Of a DNA stretch of 64,000 bases, positions 24,430-36,975 are shown piece after piece; within the stretch, counting starts at the first letter, position 1; each line of letters opens with the position of its first letter. The stretch is from assembly GCA_950097015.1 (NCBI GenBank), contig CATNEN010000038.1, positions 25,606,001 to 25,670,000 on the forward strand, written 5' to 3'. The position numbers and the translations under genes were made by a program. The notes below the pieces were generated by a model. That model saw nothing but the letters and a program-made list of their open reading frames with translations. It was not told the origin of the DNA and did no database searches. This DNA is from Macrostomum hystrix. Its lineage: Eukaryota; Animalia; Platyhelminthes.

Positions 24430-24925
24430 GATTTCCCACAGTTCAGCATTTCTCACAGTTTGGGATTTCTCACAGTTTGGGATTTCTCACAGTTTAGGAT
24501 ATCTTACAGTTTGGGATTTCTCACAGTTTGGGATTTCTTACAGTTTGGGATTTCTCACAGTTTAGGATTTCTCACAGTTTAGGATTTTAACAGTTTGGGA
24601 TTTGTCACAGTTTGGGATTTCTCACAGTTTAGGATTTTAACAGTTTGGGATTTCTCACAGTTTGGGATTTCTCACAGTTTGGGATTTTAACAGTTTGGGA
24701 TTTCTAACAGTTTGGGATTTCTCACAGTTTGGGATTTTTCACAGTTTGGGATTTCTCACAGTTTGGGATTTTAACAGTTTGGAATTTCTAACAGTTTGGG
24801 ATTTCTCACAGTTTGGGATTTTTCACAGTTTGGGATTTCTAACAGTTTGGGATTTCTAACAGTTTGGGATTTCTAACAGTTTGGGATTTCTAACAGTTTG
24901 GGATTTTTCACAGTTTGGGATTTCC
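24430..24925. repeat. 16-17-bp minisatellite just 3' of DNAAF4
   Basis: Unit tttgggatttctcacag. Confidence 0.95.
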
Positions 24926-24957
24926 CAATACAGCAAAATCAGTAGCATCAGTCACAA

Positions 24958-27900
24958 CTAGTCGTCAATATCGTCAAGACCGTTGCGCCCGTTGTCACCA
25001 TTCGCAGCCGCAGCCGCAGCCGCCTCAGTACGCCGCAGATCTTCGGCAATCTCAGCTCTGTCAGGCGCCAGTCTGGCAGCTTCGCGCAATTCAACAACAG
25101 CCTCGGCGTGGGCGTCCAGGCCACAGAGGGCGGCTGCCCTGCGGCAGTGAGCCCTGACGCGGGCCAGCCTGTTCTGCTCCACCGGCGGCTGAAGCAGTTC
25201 CAAAGCCTTGGACGCATCTTCCAGTGCTTTGAAACAATTGCCGAGGCGCAGGTGACAAGCGGCCCTATTGGAATAGAGCGAATGCAATTCACTTTTCAAC
25301 GCGATTGCGTGCGAATAGGCGTTGATGGCGGCCAGATAGTTGCCAGATGCGAACAGCCGATTGCCTTTGTCCCGCAGCCAGACGGGATCGCGCTCCTTAT
25401 CCGACAGGTCTGCGGCCTGACCGGTTTCCGACAGTTCGGCGGACGCAGCGTCAGCTAAGCGACGTCGCTCGGCTTGCTTGCTGAGCCACTGGACCGAGAA
25501 TTTTCGGGAGCGTTTTTTGCGAATAATACAAAATAATATTATAATAATTGCAGGAGGGCTGCGGGCAATGGCACATCATTTGGTGACTGTAGACCCGCAG
25601 CCAGCGAGGAGGCAATTCTTCCCATTCCGCTGGCTCCTGAGCACACACGCACACAGATACTGCACGCGGGCACACTTCACCCAAATTGCACAACACGCCC
25701 CAAGCTTTGCCTCCGCGGCTGCGCCCCAAATTCATGTGGCCTCGACGCGGAATCGAGCTCAGGGACCTTGGTGCCAAAGATGAACGACCACTCAGCCACG
25801 AGTGCTGACCTCCTAAAACCACTGCGATCGTGTACACTGCCAGACGATGAGAAAGTCCAAGCGGATGCGACAGTTATCATAACAATAATTATGAAATCGC
25901 CAGGCCACCGACCTCCTCTTCCAGAGCCTTCTGCGACTCGCGCTCGGGCGTTGGAAACACCCGGGCAGTGAAGCTGACACCGATCCGGCCCGGCTGCCGA
26001 ACACCTAGCACCGACTCAACTGGCTGACGCTTCACCTGGGTTCGATTCTCTTTAGAGCCAGAGTCTTCCTCGGCTAAGAAAATCTCCTCGCACTGCGGCT
26101 TAGCTGGGACAATTTCCAACGACTCGTCCGTAACCGCAGCGGCTTGGAGTTCCTCGCGAAACACGCGCCTAGCGTCCTGACGCAGCCGTTCCTGTTTGAG
26201 TCGAAATTCTTCCAGTTCGCGCATCGCGGCGTCCCTTTCAGCCTGCTTGGCCGATTCGATTCGGGCCCTATCGGCCTCCTCCAGTCTCATCTGTTCGCGC
26301 AGGCTCAGCTGTTCGTTGGCTCGATGGCCGGCCCGAGCGGCCGATTCGGCAGCCCGCAGGCGCTCGGCTAGGCGAGTCATGGCCCTCTGACGGATGTCGC
26401 GAGTGACGCTCTTGTCGTCTGCAGTTGAATGGATTTAAAAAGTTCTACTAATGTGGAACCCACCAAGCCTTCTCTCAGCATCTGCGCCCCATTTGAATTT
26501 GAACTTGCCGCGGAATCGAGCTCAGGGACCTTGGTGCGAGAGGCAAATGCGTCAGACCGCTCTGCCACTCACCCCCTGACTGTTTCACCTACTGACTGCT
26601 CTACTTTAGTTTAAAACATTTTGTTTATATTCGTTTTATTGGAAAACTGAAAAAATCTCTACATTTCAGTCGTAGCCTGTGCGTTGTGTTATAAGTAGGG
26701 AATTAAAGAATAACTTTCTGCGAAGAAACCTGGAGGATAAAACTTCCCTCTTGCTTTTTAACATACAAAACCCACAGTATGGCAAAATTGGAAAAAAGAC
26801 CGAAGAATAACAAAAAATTACCAGCTTGGTCAATCATGAGATGAGTCCAGGCAGTTGACTGTAATTTAGTGACAGTGACCTGCATGACGCCACTGTCAGC
26901 TACGCAAGCAGATTCATCCTCTGAGACTGGCTGATAAAAGAAACACTCGAATATATAAGGCGGAAACGAGACCTGTGAAAATTCAATGGTTATTAGCAGA
27001 CTGGGTTAGCAAAACAGAAGCTAAAAGTTTAAAATATATAACAAGTAAATATTCATAAATTTCCTGTGCTACAAAATACCTAAAAGTTATTTACATTTTT
27101 TGTTTATTTGTTATTTAACATTAAATCAGACAAGAACTAAAAATTTAATATTTTATTTTCACATTTTTCAATGCATAACAAAGGATTCAAAAGATATTGT
27201 GTAAAAATTGTCTTCGTTTTTTATACTAGGAAGTAAAAAAGAAATTCTTCAATTTATTTGAAAGATTTTATTGCATGAAAAAGGAAAATTTACAGTGCTT
27301 TTAATTTCCTATTCAATTTTTTTTCAGAAATTTGTAGAAAATTATTAGGTAACAGAAATACAAATTGTTAGCCTATGGTCATATGAGAAAAATTAATGTT
27401 AAAAAAGTAATAATTGTTATGATATTGATAACTAGTAATGAGTAATATAGGCCCTATGCTTAATACTGATTAAGTGATAAAACAAATAGTTTAAGTTAAC
27501 TAAAAATCTTTTACCACTTTTGATTTAAAATAATAACATTTAAATACCCATAAAGACATTTCAAAGTTGCATATATTTGAAGGGGAGATCAAATTTGGGA
27601 AATCTAGTATCCATTGCACTTTGTAAAGCTTGAATTGGTAGTCATATGTCTAGCAATTGGCATCGCAAAAATCCAAAATAGAAGTTAATGAGCTAAGTCT
27701 GGATATTCTCAGCCTTGCAGCTATAGTCAATTGCTTGAAAAAACATAGGCCATACTCAAGAAAGCCAACGATGTGATTATGTCAATGACTATAATATAAG
27801 ATTCTTATATGATATCACTGATATAGCATGATATATTAGCACAATTTTAAAATTAAAGGTCAACACTAGGGTAATGTATCATCAACCAAACAAGAATGTG

Positions 27901-29288
27901 TATTTTTTTAACTTCAAACCTAAGCTACAGATTTTCTATTTAAGATATCATGATAAATCAAAAGCCAAGTTATAGAAAACAGTTACATCTTTCTAAAAAG
28001 TATCTGCTTTTGCTATTTTGTCAAATAGAAAAAAAGTTATTCCTGCTTTTTATCTAAAACCGAACAATGATTTTCATGTATCTTCAAACCAAACAGAGAA
28101 TTTGATGTTTGCTTTTACAATTTGAGTGAGTGGTTTAATCTTATTTTAAGGAGTGAACTATCATGAATTATGTCATCTGAAAGCATTTTTCATGCTCTAT
28201 AAATAACTACATTTATGGTCATTTAATTGGCAAGCAACCATATACAATCTTCATCTAAAGTACATACTGAAAAAATGTAGTTAAAAAGTATGCTTTTGCA
28301 ATAAAAATTTCTACTGAAACATCAATATCTTTCTTTCCTCTTAATGCTTCATTGCACATCATGCCTCAGCTTGTAGATAATTTCTTCAACTTTCAAATTA
28401 GTTGTTCTGTGAAACACAATAGCTTGTTTCATCTTGCACAAGACCAAGAAAGGAGTCAAAATTCTTGTTCAGTTTTGAAGATACACTGTTCGGTTGATGA
28501 TACATTACCCTACTTCATAGCAATTAAATCTCAAAACTAAATGCAACATTGCCCCATACAGAAGATCATACATGCGCAACACCCGGCCGACCTGGCCGAA
28601 CTGGCTGGGTGAAATGAGGGCCAAGCAAGGTAAGTCGCAAAAACCAATCGACCAAGTGCAAAAAAATCAAAGGGGGGACCAAGGGACAAAAAAGGAAGGG
28701 GTGAAGAAAAGGAAAAAGGGGAGAGAAAAAGAGAGCAAATGAGAGCAAACTAAGTTGTAAATAGAGCAATGAAATGAACTAAGTCGCAAATAAGAGCAAA
28801 CTAAGTCGCAAATAGAGCAAAAACTAAGTTGCACGGCCGGCTAAGATTTGGGAGGTTGCGCATGTATGCAGAAGATAAATATAAATAGGAATAGGTAGGC
28901 CTAGCTAGTTATGACCAGTTTAGAGTAAAAAAACTAACTTTTTGTGCAAAACCTAGATGTTTGTCTACCTTGGACTTGACAGATGAAATATACCTACAAT
29001 GTGAGAAACTATAGAACTAAAAAACTATCAATTAGAGTTGTTACTATCTTATAACACTTAACTAAAGATGGTAAAATGAATACACAATCTAATATGTAAT
29101 TTTTCGATATATAAATACCTATCACAATATCCACTTAGATATGCTAAGTTTATAATTTTACTTACTTTTAAATATTCGGATGTAAGCACAACATCAACCT
29201 TAGATGGTGGAATTCCTTTTAGTGGAATTGAGACAACGACTTTTTGTTGACTATCACTCCATTTATAGTCCTTGATAAAGATAGGCAT
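24958..29288 (-). CDS. DNAAF4: Dynein axonemal assembly factor 4 (DYX1C1), join(29288..29166,26972..26822,26418..25913,25488..24958), 436 aa
   Basis: CS/p23 domain MPIFIKDYKW...YLK|VSFPPYIFE, the signature FTARVFPTPERESQ...EEEWL.KQAE, and TPRs WLRDKGNRLF and LYSNRAACHL. Intron phases are consistent. Confidence 0.93.
25535..25870 (-). mobile_element. SINE family A copy filling DNAAF4 intron 3, rearranged
   Basis: Head, body and TTA tail lie on the minus strand at 25535-25800. The central hairpin segment is missing internally but appears at 25830-25868 on the plus strand. Confidence 0.8.
26455..26578 (-). mobile_element. SINE family A tRNA-like head
   Basis: Reverse complement ggggtgagtggcagagcggt...gagctcgattcc with A and B boxes. 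Confidence 0.8.
28567..28868. mobile_element. hAT-type MITE (302 bp) in DNAAF4 intron 1
   Basis: Perfect 14-bp TIR CATACATGCGCAAC and a perfect 8-bp TSD CAGAAGAT (28559-28566 and 28869-28876). Confidence 0.92.
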
Positions 29289-29444
29289 AATTGTTACAAT
29301 TGGGTCTTTATAAGTAAGAAAAGAACATAAATAAAAAACTTATCTAAATTATTAGGCTATTTTTTAGTTCAGGCATGATACAAGAAAGTTGTTTTATTGT
29401 GATATTACTGCATGCATTAAATGAGATAAATCTATGCCACACGG

Positions 29445-29458
29445 GTTGCCACGACACG
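29445..29458. promoter_or_regulatory. Candidate RFX X-box upstream of DNAAF4
   Basis: GTTGCCACGACAC has one perfect half-site and lies in a CpG-rich patch about 160 nt upstream of the ATG. Confidence 0.45.
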
Positions 29459-30607
29459 ATCACTACACTAAACCCGACGGTCGTCGGTCGACGGTATGCG
29501 AACCATAGAGTTTGAATGCGCGCCATGTAAACAATGTAAGCACATAACATATTAACGAAATAAGGCCTAAAAAGAAACATTATTCGATTAATGCTTAATT
29601 TTATAACTAAATATTGAAACAGCGTACAAGGTAAACTTTAAGAGAAAAAACGACTAGACACAATTTTATTTTGCATACCGTCAATTCCTTCAGTATTTCC
29701 TTTGGAATATTAGTTCGTTTCGACTTTTTGTAAAAAGCTAGTTTTTAAGCAAATGTCAGTCTCTCTTTCTTTTTCTTCTAGACTTTGATAAAAGTGTTGT
29801 GCAAGCATCTTTTGAGATATTTACTTTTGTTTCTATATTGTGTTAGCGAGAAAAGTGTACGCAGAGTTCATGCAATATCGGTGCAAGGCTACTAGGAATA
29901 AGATCTATAGTATGAGTAGGTCTACTCCAGTGGTTCTTGTATCGGTGTTAAAGCATAGCGTACGTAGAGCGAGCCTTTTCAATCAATATCTATTTTTATA
30001 ACACTTTAATTAATAAAAAGGTGAGAAGTTTACAGCTAGCCGGTACGTGTGCCAGCCAAGTCGAACCACCCCGCGAACTCTACACTGATGGCCAATCAAT
30101 TAAATTGCGACCCGACTTCGCTGGTTTTCTACCCCGGCGAGTAGACCAAATCTAAGCCTGTAGACAGTGGCCGCAGGTCTAATGCTCATTCCACGCAGGC
30201 TTATAATTAAGCTGCCAGCCTGACAGTCACTGTGTAAATTCTAAAAGATCCCCCCCGCTCGAAAGCCTCTACGGCCTGATTCGACTCTGCACTCTCAGTG
30301 AGAAGCAAGAGACGCGCTGGGCCCAGCCTGTTTGTCCCACGCGTTCTCGAATACAAACTACTTATCAAGTTAGATACCATGCACTCGTCGTTCCGCGTCT
30401 TCAGAGTGCGCCGCTGGTCATGTGTGCAGGTTCAGATAGCCGGTTGTCAAAGTAAGTAAGTGCTCTCTTCGGTCGGATCAGACTCCGCCGTCTGGCAGGA
30501 TGCTAACCCATAATAGTATCTGTCGGATCGAAGACAGCAGGGCCTCTTCCACTGAGTAGGGTGTGGGTTTGGCCAGTTTTTTCAAGCTATCATATCCAAT
30601 CCTTTCA

Positions 30608-30980
30608 GGGGGTCGGTGTCAGAGCGGTTATCGCGCTTGCCTCTCGCACCGAGGTCCCTAAGTTCGATTCCACGGCGAGGCCACATTTATTTGGGGCGCA
30701 GCCGCAGAGAGAAGGCTTGAGGACTTGTCGTGCAATTTACGCCCTTGAGGGCCAACCTCCAAGGCACAGTGAGAGTATACACTGTCTGACGATGAGAAAG
30801 TCAGGCAGATGTACACACCTTTGTGAGCGTATGCCTGCGTACAGTATCTGTGTGTGTGCAGTGCTCAGGAGTCAGCGAAATGGGTCGAATTGCCTCCTCG
30901 CTGGCTACGGGAGTAGCTTATACTGTCGCTGAATTTTAATTGTGCCATTTCCCACAGCCCTCCTGCAAATATTATTAGTA
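30608..30980 (+). mobile_element. Full-length SINE family A
   Basis: A-box-like gtgtcagagcgg, B-box GTTCGATTCC, body colinear with 12311-12675, and an ATT tail. Confidence 0.85.
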
Positions 30981-31138
30981 TGCGTATGCTGAACAGCTCG
31001 ATATAAACATTTTCATGGTTGAAATCCGATAGATTCGATACATTAGATTTTGTAACTACTTTGTAGTAGAAAATTTTTCTTGTTGCGAGTAGATTTTGGC
31101 AATAAAATAATGTAAAATACTCTAATCAAAAGCAGTTT

Positions 31139-33208
31139 TTAGTCATCGCGACGCTGAAAAATCAAGTTGTGCGGTCCGGGCGAGTGTACCACTCCGCCGC
31201 CAAAGCGCCTGATCTCTTCTAGTCGACTTCGCTCGCTCTCCGGAATGCTGATGCGAAAGGCCTGCATCAGGGACACGGCAAACAGGAACAGCTCCATCCG
31301 CGCCAGGCTCTCTCCGAGGCAAGAGCGCTTGCCGATGGAGAATGGAATAACTTGCTCAGATGGACGAAACTTTCCCGCAGCATCCATGAATCTGTCCGGA
31401 TTGAAGGCATTCGGCTCGGGAAAGCTTGTGGCATCGAAGTGTACAGCTTGGAGATTAGCTATCACCACCGTGTCCTGAAGATGGAAAGTGGGTTTGAGAG
31501 TTTAACTGAGAACATGTTATAAAAAAATTGTATGTGCTAAAATATTTACACAAGGGTCGCCACCACCACTGGGGGCACTTCCAAGGGCGGCCGCTAAACA
31601 CACACGCACATATACCGTACGCCAAACTCACACAGGGTGTGACATCTGCCCTGAATTTATCATCGTCAGGCGGTGTGCACTCACCCTGTGCCTCGATGGA
31701 GGTTAGCCGTCATTGGGCAGGAATTGAAGGACAAGCCTACAGGAGCTAAGCCTTCTCAGCGCGGCTGCGTCCCAAATGAATGTGCATGGCCTCACCACGT
31801 ATTCGAGCTCAGAGAGTTAATACGGTGCCCTTAAATGACACGCTCACCTTTGGAATGAAGTAGCCGAGCAGCTCCGCGTCAGCCGTGGTCCTGTGCGGCA
31901 CACCGGTGGGCACCAGGGTGTAGTAGCGCTGCGCCTCCAGCAGGAAGGCCTCGATAAGTGGCAGGTTTGGTCGGTCTGCCATCGCAGGCGGCCGGTCGCC
32001 CAGATGGTCCCGAATGTAGGCAGCCAAGCGTTCCTGCAGCTCCGGATTAAGGGCCAGGTGAAGAGCTATCCAGCGCAGACTGTTGGCCGTGGTATCCGTG
32101 CCAGCAACGAAAAGATCGGCTATGCTCACCTGAGAGGTAATTTGATGAGTAGATCATTTTGATTTTTTTGTGCACAATACACAAAGTGGATCGACTGGCG
32201 GAGCGGTTACACACTCCGGGGTCTGCCGAAACGGCACAATCGAATCTCTTAAGTATCTTATTGTACTGAATTGTCGCCTATTGTGGGTAGCATGAACAAC
32301 ATCTAAACAGCAACCTGCAGATTCTTGTCGCTGAGGTGCGCCTTCGCCTCTGCCGGTGCGTCAGCTAGCCGTTGCCGCTCAGCCAGGAAGGCTTCTATGA
32401 AGTCGCGAGGCTCGTCTGCCGTATTGTAGCCAGCCTGCTTGGCGTCGATCTGGCTCTGGCAGAAACTGAACACGGACTCAAAGAGACCGATCATCTTCTT
32501 GGGAAATGGCAAGTTCAGCACGCGCTCCGGTGACAGCAGTCGTTGAACTGCCATCGCAATCGTTAAGCTTGGCTTTCTAGAATCCATCGAACCCTGCGTG
32601 ATCTTGTTGATAAGGTTCAGCTTCTCCTCGAAGGTTGGATCTTCATCGGCAACTCGGCTGCCAAACACCAGACTGCAGATGACGTTAGACACGGCCTTGT
32701 TGAATGGCACCGACGTTGACGTCGGTTGTCCATTGGCCGACTCCAGTGTCGTCACCAGCTCCTGCGCCTCGCGGGTGATTGTCTCCTCCGAGCCGGACTT
32801 GCCGAATCCGAAATCGCGCAACGCGTGCAGACTGAAGCGCCTCAATTCCTTCCACTTCGGCCCGTCCCCAGCTAGGAAGCCGCTGTTGTCCATGACCTTA
32901 GTCGTGAACAGGTTCACCTGCCGACCGGAGAAGTCGCCTGACTGCGCCAGAAACGCCTGCCTGACCGCTTCGTAGCTGTTCAGGACGCAGATTCGTCTAC
33001 CATCCAACACGAAGGTGCAAATTTGGCCGTACATTTGCGGAGTCTTGAGAATCCAACGCCGCATGGGGAATTCCATCCACAATGTGCTGCCGAAAATCGG
33101 AATCGACGGCGGACCCGGGGGCAGCTTAGCGGACGCTCGGAGCTTCGTCAATAGTAGGTAGCCCAACAGAGCCGCCACAACTGCTATGGCTATGCTCAGC
33201 AGGTCCAT
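31139..33208 (-). CDS. Cytochrome P450, CYP2 clan, join(33208..32315,32129..31848,31474..31139), 503 aa
   Basis: N-terminal anchor plus LPPGP, WKELR, I-helix AGTDTT, EAQR, PDRF and the heme motif FSIGKRSCLG. Both introns are phase 0. Confidence 0.96.
31550..31812 (-). mobile_element. Degenerate SINE family A in CYP intron 2
   Basis: Reverse-complement matches to gagctcgaat, tttgggacgcagccgc and ctgacgatga...cagggcagatg. Confidence 0.65.
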
Positions 33209-33831
33209 TATTTAGTTCGAGCGTTAGCCAAGAGTCCAAAAGTTGAGATTTGAATAAAAGCTTTAGGCAGCTTTTTCACTGCCTTTTAAATTGACATTGG
33301 CCTTATCAGGGAGTTCAAGGTTCAATTAAAAGTAGCGGGTCACAAACTTTTTGTATTGCCTGATTAAATAATTCAATAGAAAATAAACACATGTAACCTT
33401 TATTTCTGCTTTCAATTCAATGTCGAAATGTTAAGGTCTGAAGCCCCTTAGTATTTTGTGTGACATCAACTAGTCTATACGTGTTATGTGTTATAGTTAT
33501 ACGTGTATCTTACGATTCGGCTCCAAATTTTATTTTTATCAAGAGCTTAAAATACGTAAAATTTAGGCGTTGCAACTTGGTTTGTTACCATAATTTGATT
33601 TAATTTACTTTGTTTACATAATTCTTGGTTGTTTGGTTGAAGGCTTATTATGAACTATGAAGTGCTCCCATAAAAAACTATGCGATTCATCAAAATTATA
33701 TCGCAGTGCTTCATCATTCAGGGAGACACGGGAGACATGAGACGGCGGATATTGAAACCGGATACTGTACTTTATCGGAATAAGCGACGCGCCGGATTTG
33801 GGAGCTTCGAGGGCCGCATCTGGCCCGGGCG

Positions 33832-35290
33832 GTGTCTCATCTCTCCCGTGTCTCATCTCTCCACAGTGTCTCATCTCTTCCGTGTCTCATCTCTCCCGTG
33901 TCTCATCTCTCCCATGTCTCATCTCTCCCGTGTCTCATCTCTCCCATGCCTCATCTCTCCCGTGTCTCATCTCTCCTGCGTTTCATCTATACCATGTCTC
34001 ATCTCTCCCGTGTCTCATCTCTCTTGTGTCTCATATCTCTTATATCTCATCTCTCCCATGTCTCATCTCTCCCGTGTCTCATCTCTCCCATTTCTCATCT
34101 CTCCCATGTCCGATCTTTTCCGTGTCTCATCTCTCCCGTGTCTCATCTCTCCCATGTCTCATCTCTCCCATGTCTCATCTCTCCCATGTCTCATCTCTCC
34201 CATGTCTCATCTCTCCCATGTCTCATCTCTCCCGTGTCTCATCTCTCCCGTGTCTCATCTCTCCACAGTGTCTCATCTCTCCCGTGTCTCATCTCTCCCA
34301 TGTCTCATCTCTCCCGTGTCTCATCTCTCCCATGCCTCATCTCTCCCGTGTCTCATCTCTCCTGCGTTTCATCTATACCATGTCTCATCTCTCCCGTGTC
34401 TCATCTCTCTTGTGTCTCATATCTCTTATATCTCATCTCTCCCATGTCTCATCTCTCCACAGTGTCTCATCTCTTCCGTGTCTCATCTCTCCCATGTCTC
34501 ATCTCTCCCGTGTCTCATCTCTCCCGTGTCTCATCTCTCCCGTGTCTCATCTCTCCCGTGTCTCATCTTTCCCGTGTCTCATCTCTCCCATGTCTCATCT
34601 CTCTTGTGTCTCATCTCTCCCGTGTCTCATCTCTCCCATGTCTCATCTCTCCCGTGTCTCATCTCTCCCATGCCTCATCTCTCCCGTGTCTCATCTCTCC
34701 TGCGTTTCATCTATACCATGTCTCATCTCTCCCGTGTCTCATCTCTCTTGTGTCTCATATCTCTTATATCTCATCTCTCCCATGTCTCATCTATCCCGTG
34801 TCTCATCTCTCCCATTTCTCATCTCTCCCATGTCCGATCTTTTCCGTGTCTCATCTCTCCCGTGTCTCATCTCTCCCATGTCTCATCTCTCCCATGTCTC
34901 ATCTCTCCCATGTCTCATCTCTCCCATGTCTCATCTCTCCCATGTCTCATCTCTCCCATGTCTCATCTCTCCCGTGTCTCATCTCTCCCGTGTCTCATCT
35001 CTCCACAGTGTCTCATCTCTCCCGTGTCTCATCTCTCCCATGTCTCATCTCTCCCGTGTCTCATCTCTCCCATGCCTCATCTCTCCCGTGTCTCATCTCT
35101 CCTGCGTTTCATCTATACCATGTCTCATCTCTCCCGTGTCTCATCTCTCCCGTGTCTCATCTCTCTTGTGTCTCATATCTCTTATATTTCATCTCTCCCA
35201 TGTCTCATCTCTCCCGTGTCTCATTTCTCCCGTGTCTCATCTCTCCCATGTCTCATCTCTCCCGTGTCTCATCTCTCCCGTGTCTCATAT
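33832..35290. repeat. 16-bp pyrimidine-rich satellite with higher-order structure
   Basis: Unit tgtctcatctctccc(a/g). The variant block cctgcgtttcatctatacc recurs near 33975, 34361, 34699 and 35101. Confidence 0.95.
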
Positions 35291-36039
35291 TTCTACAGTC
35301 AGTGCGGCCTACTGTCATCTTTTTGGTTCTCTCTTTGGCCCGCAAGCTAATAATTTTGCCGACCCCTGTGCTATAGAGATATTGCCATAGTACGAGTACT
35401 TCTAAATATAATTTCTGACATAACTCACATTGCACTTTAAAGCATAGAATGCCCAAGGACTTTGCAAACCAAAAACCTATATTATTTGTAAGTCATTTGC
35501 TTCCGCGAGTGCGAGAGTACTTGAAATCACATTGCGAGGCACTGATTTAAGGCTTGGAAACACGCAGCTCAGTCGAATATGTAAAGCTGCAACAGCTGTG
35601 ACCCGCGCGTCAACAACAGGTGTACACTGGCTTGGAATAAGTTCGTATTTAGAAATACAATCAATGCAACTAATACACAAATGCGTTGGTGTGGGAGTTT
35701 AGCTAGAGCTTAAGCTGCATTTTACTGTACTCATGCAGCTAGGTTTTCATTAGAAACCACTATTGCCTGGCAACAATAAAAAGCAACAATAGAGATTACC
35801 ACATATATGTATATTGTGCTAAAACGATTTTTAGAAAACAGCTTGCTAATTGACAAAAGTTTCCTTGTTTACCTTAGCTCCAAAGCTCTCTCTTGGAAGT
35901 CGACGTGCAAGACAAGTTTCTGTGAAAAAGAAAATGTTTATTATGCGCTTGGCTTGATACATAGTTTAACAAAGAGTAGCTTAGAAATCACAAATATCTT
36001 ATTATCTCATCTACAACATCTGCTTAGTACATCAACGTA

Positions 36040-36757
36040 GAATCTTCAGATGTGCATCTACCACATCTACTAATGTACATCTACTACATCCACTAATGTA
36101 CATCTAATACATCTACTAATGTACATCTACTACATCCATTAATGTACATCTACTACATTCACTAATGTACATCTACTACATTCACTAATGTACATCTACT
36201 ACATCCATTAATGTACATCTACTACATTCACTAATGTACATCTACTACATTCACTAATGTACATCTACTACATTCACTAATGTACATCTACTACATTCAC
36301 TAACGTACATCTACTACATCCATTAATGTACATCTACTACATCTACTAATGTACATCTAATACATCCACTAATGTACATCTACTACATCTACTAATGTAC
36401 ATCCACTACATCTACTAATGTACATCTACTACATCTACTAATGTACATCTACTTCATCCACTAATGTACATCTACTACATCCACTAATGTGCATCTACTA
36501 CATCCACTAATGTACATCTACTACATCCATTTATGTGCATCTACTACATCCACTAATGTACATCTACTACATCTACTAATGTACATCTACTTCATCCACT
36601 AATGTACATCTACTACATCCACTAATGTGCATCTACTACATCCACTAATGTACATCTACTACATCCATTTATGTGCATCTACTACATCCACTAATGTACA
36701 TCTACTACATCCACTAATGTACATCTACTACATCTACTGATGTACATTTACTACATG
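36040..36757. repeat. 23-bp minisatellite
   Basis: Unit tacatctactacatccactaatg. Confidence 0.95.
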
Positions 36758-36975
36758 TGGATATGCAGGACATATACATATTGCACGTCTAACAAACAAA
36801 ATATATTTACGAATGCATAGAAAATGACAGTATGCACTATTTTAGTATTTTTGCTCTAAAAAATCAATAGAAATTTTGAGTATTGCTTATAATTTCTTTT
36901 TTTAATCCTAACTTTATCAAACTTTCACATAGTCTTTTTTCATTGTTTCAGCTATATTCCGTTTTCTATGAGATC

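Noticed and set aside
26455-26578. tRNA gene
   Set aside because: A and B boxes are present but there is no proper acceptor stem, and the sequence continues into the SINE body in multiple diverged copies.
30030-30560. GC-richer island, possibly a decayed element
   Set aside because: No recognisable ORF motif, termini or second copy in the window.
33680-35390. Three overlapping ORFs of more than 500 aa (SHLSRVSSLPCLISP)
   Set aside because: Artefacts of a stop-free 16-bp satellite. The same applies to ORFs over the arrays at 18544, 23172-23568, 24662, 39041-39789 and 40366-41008.
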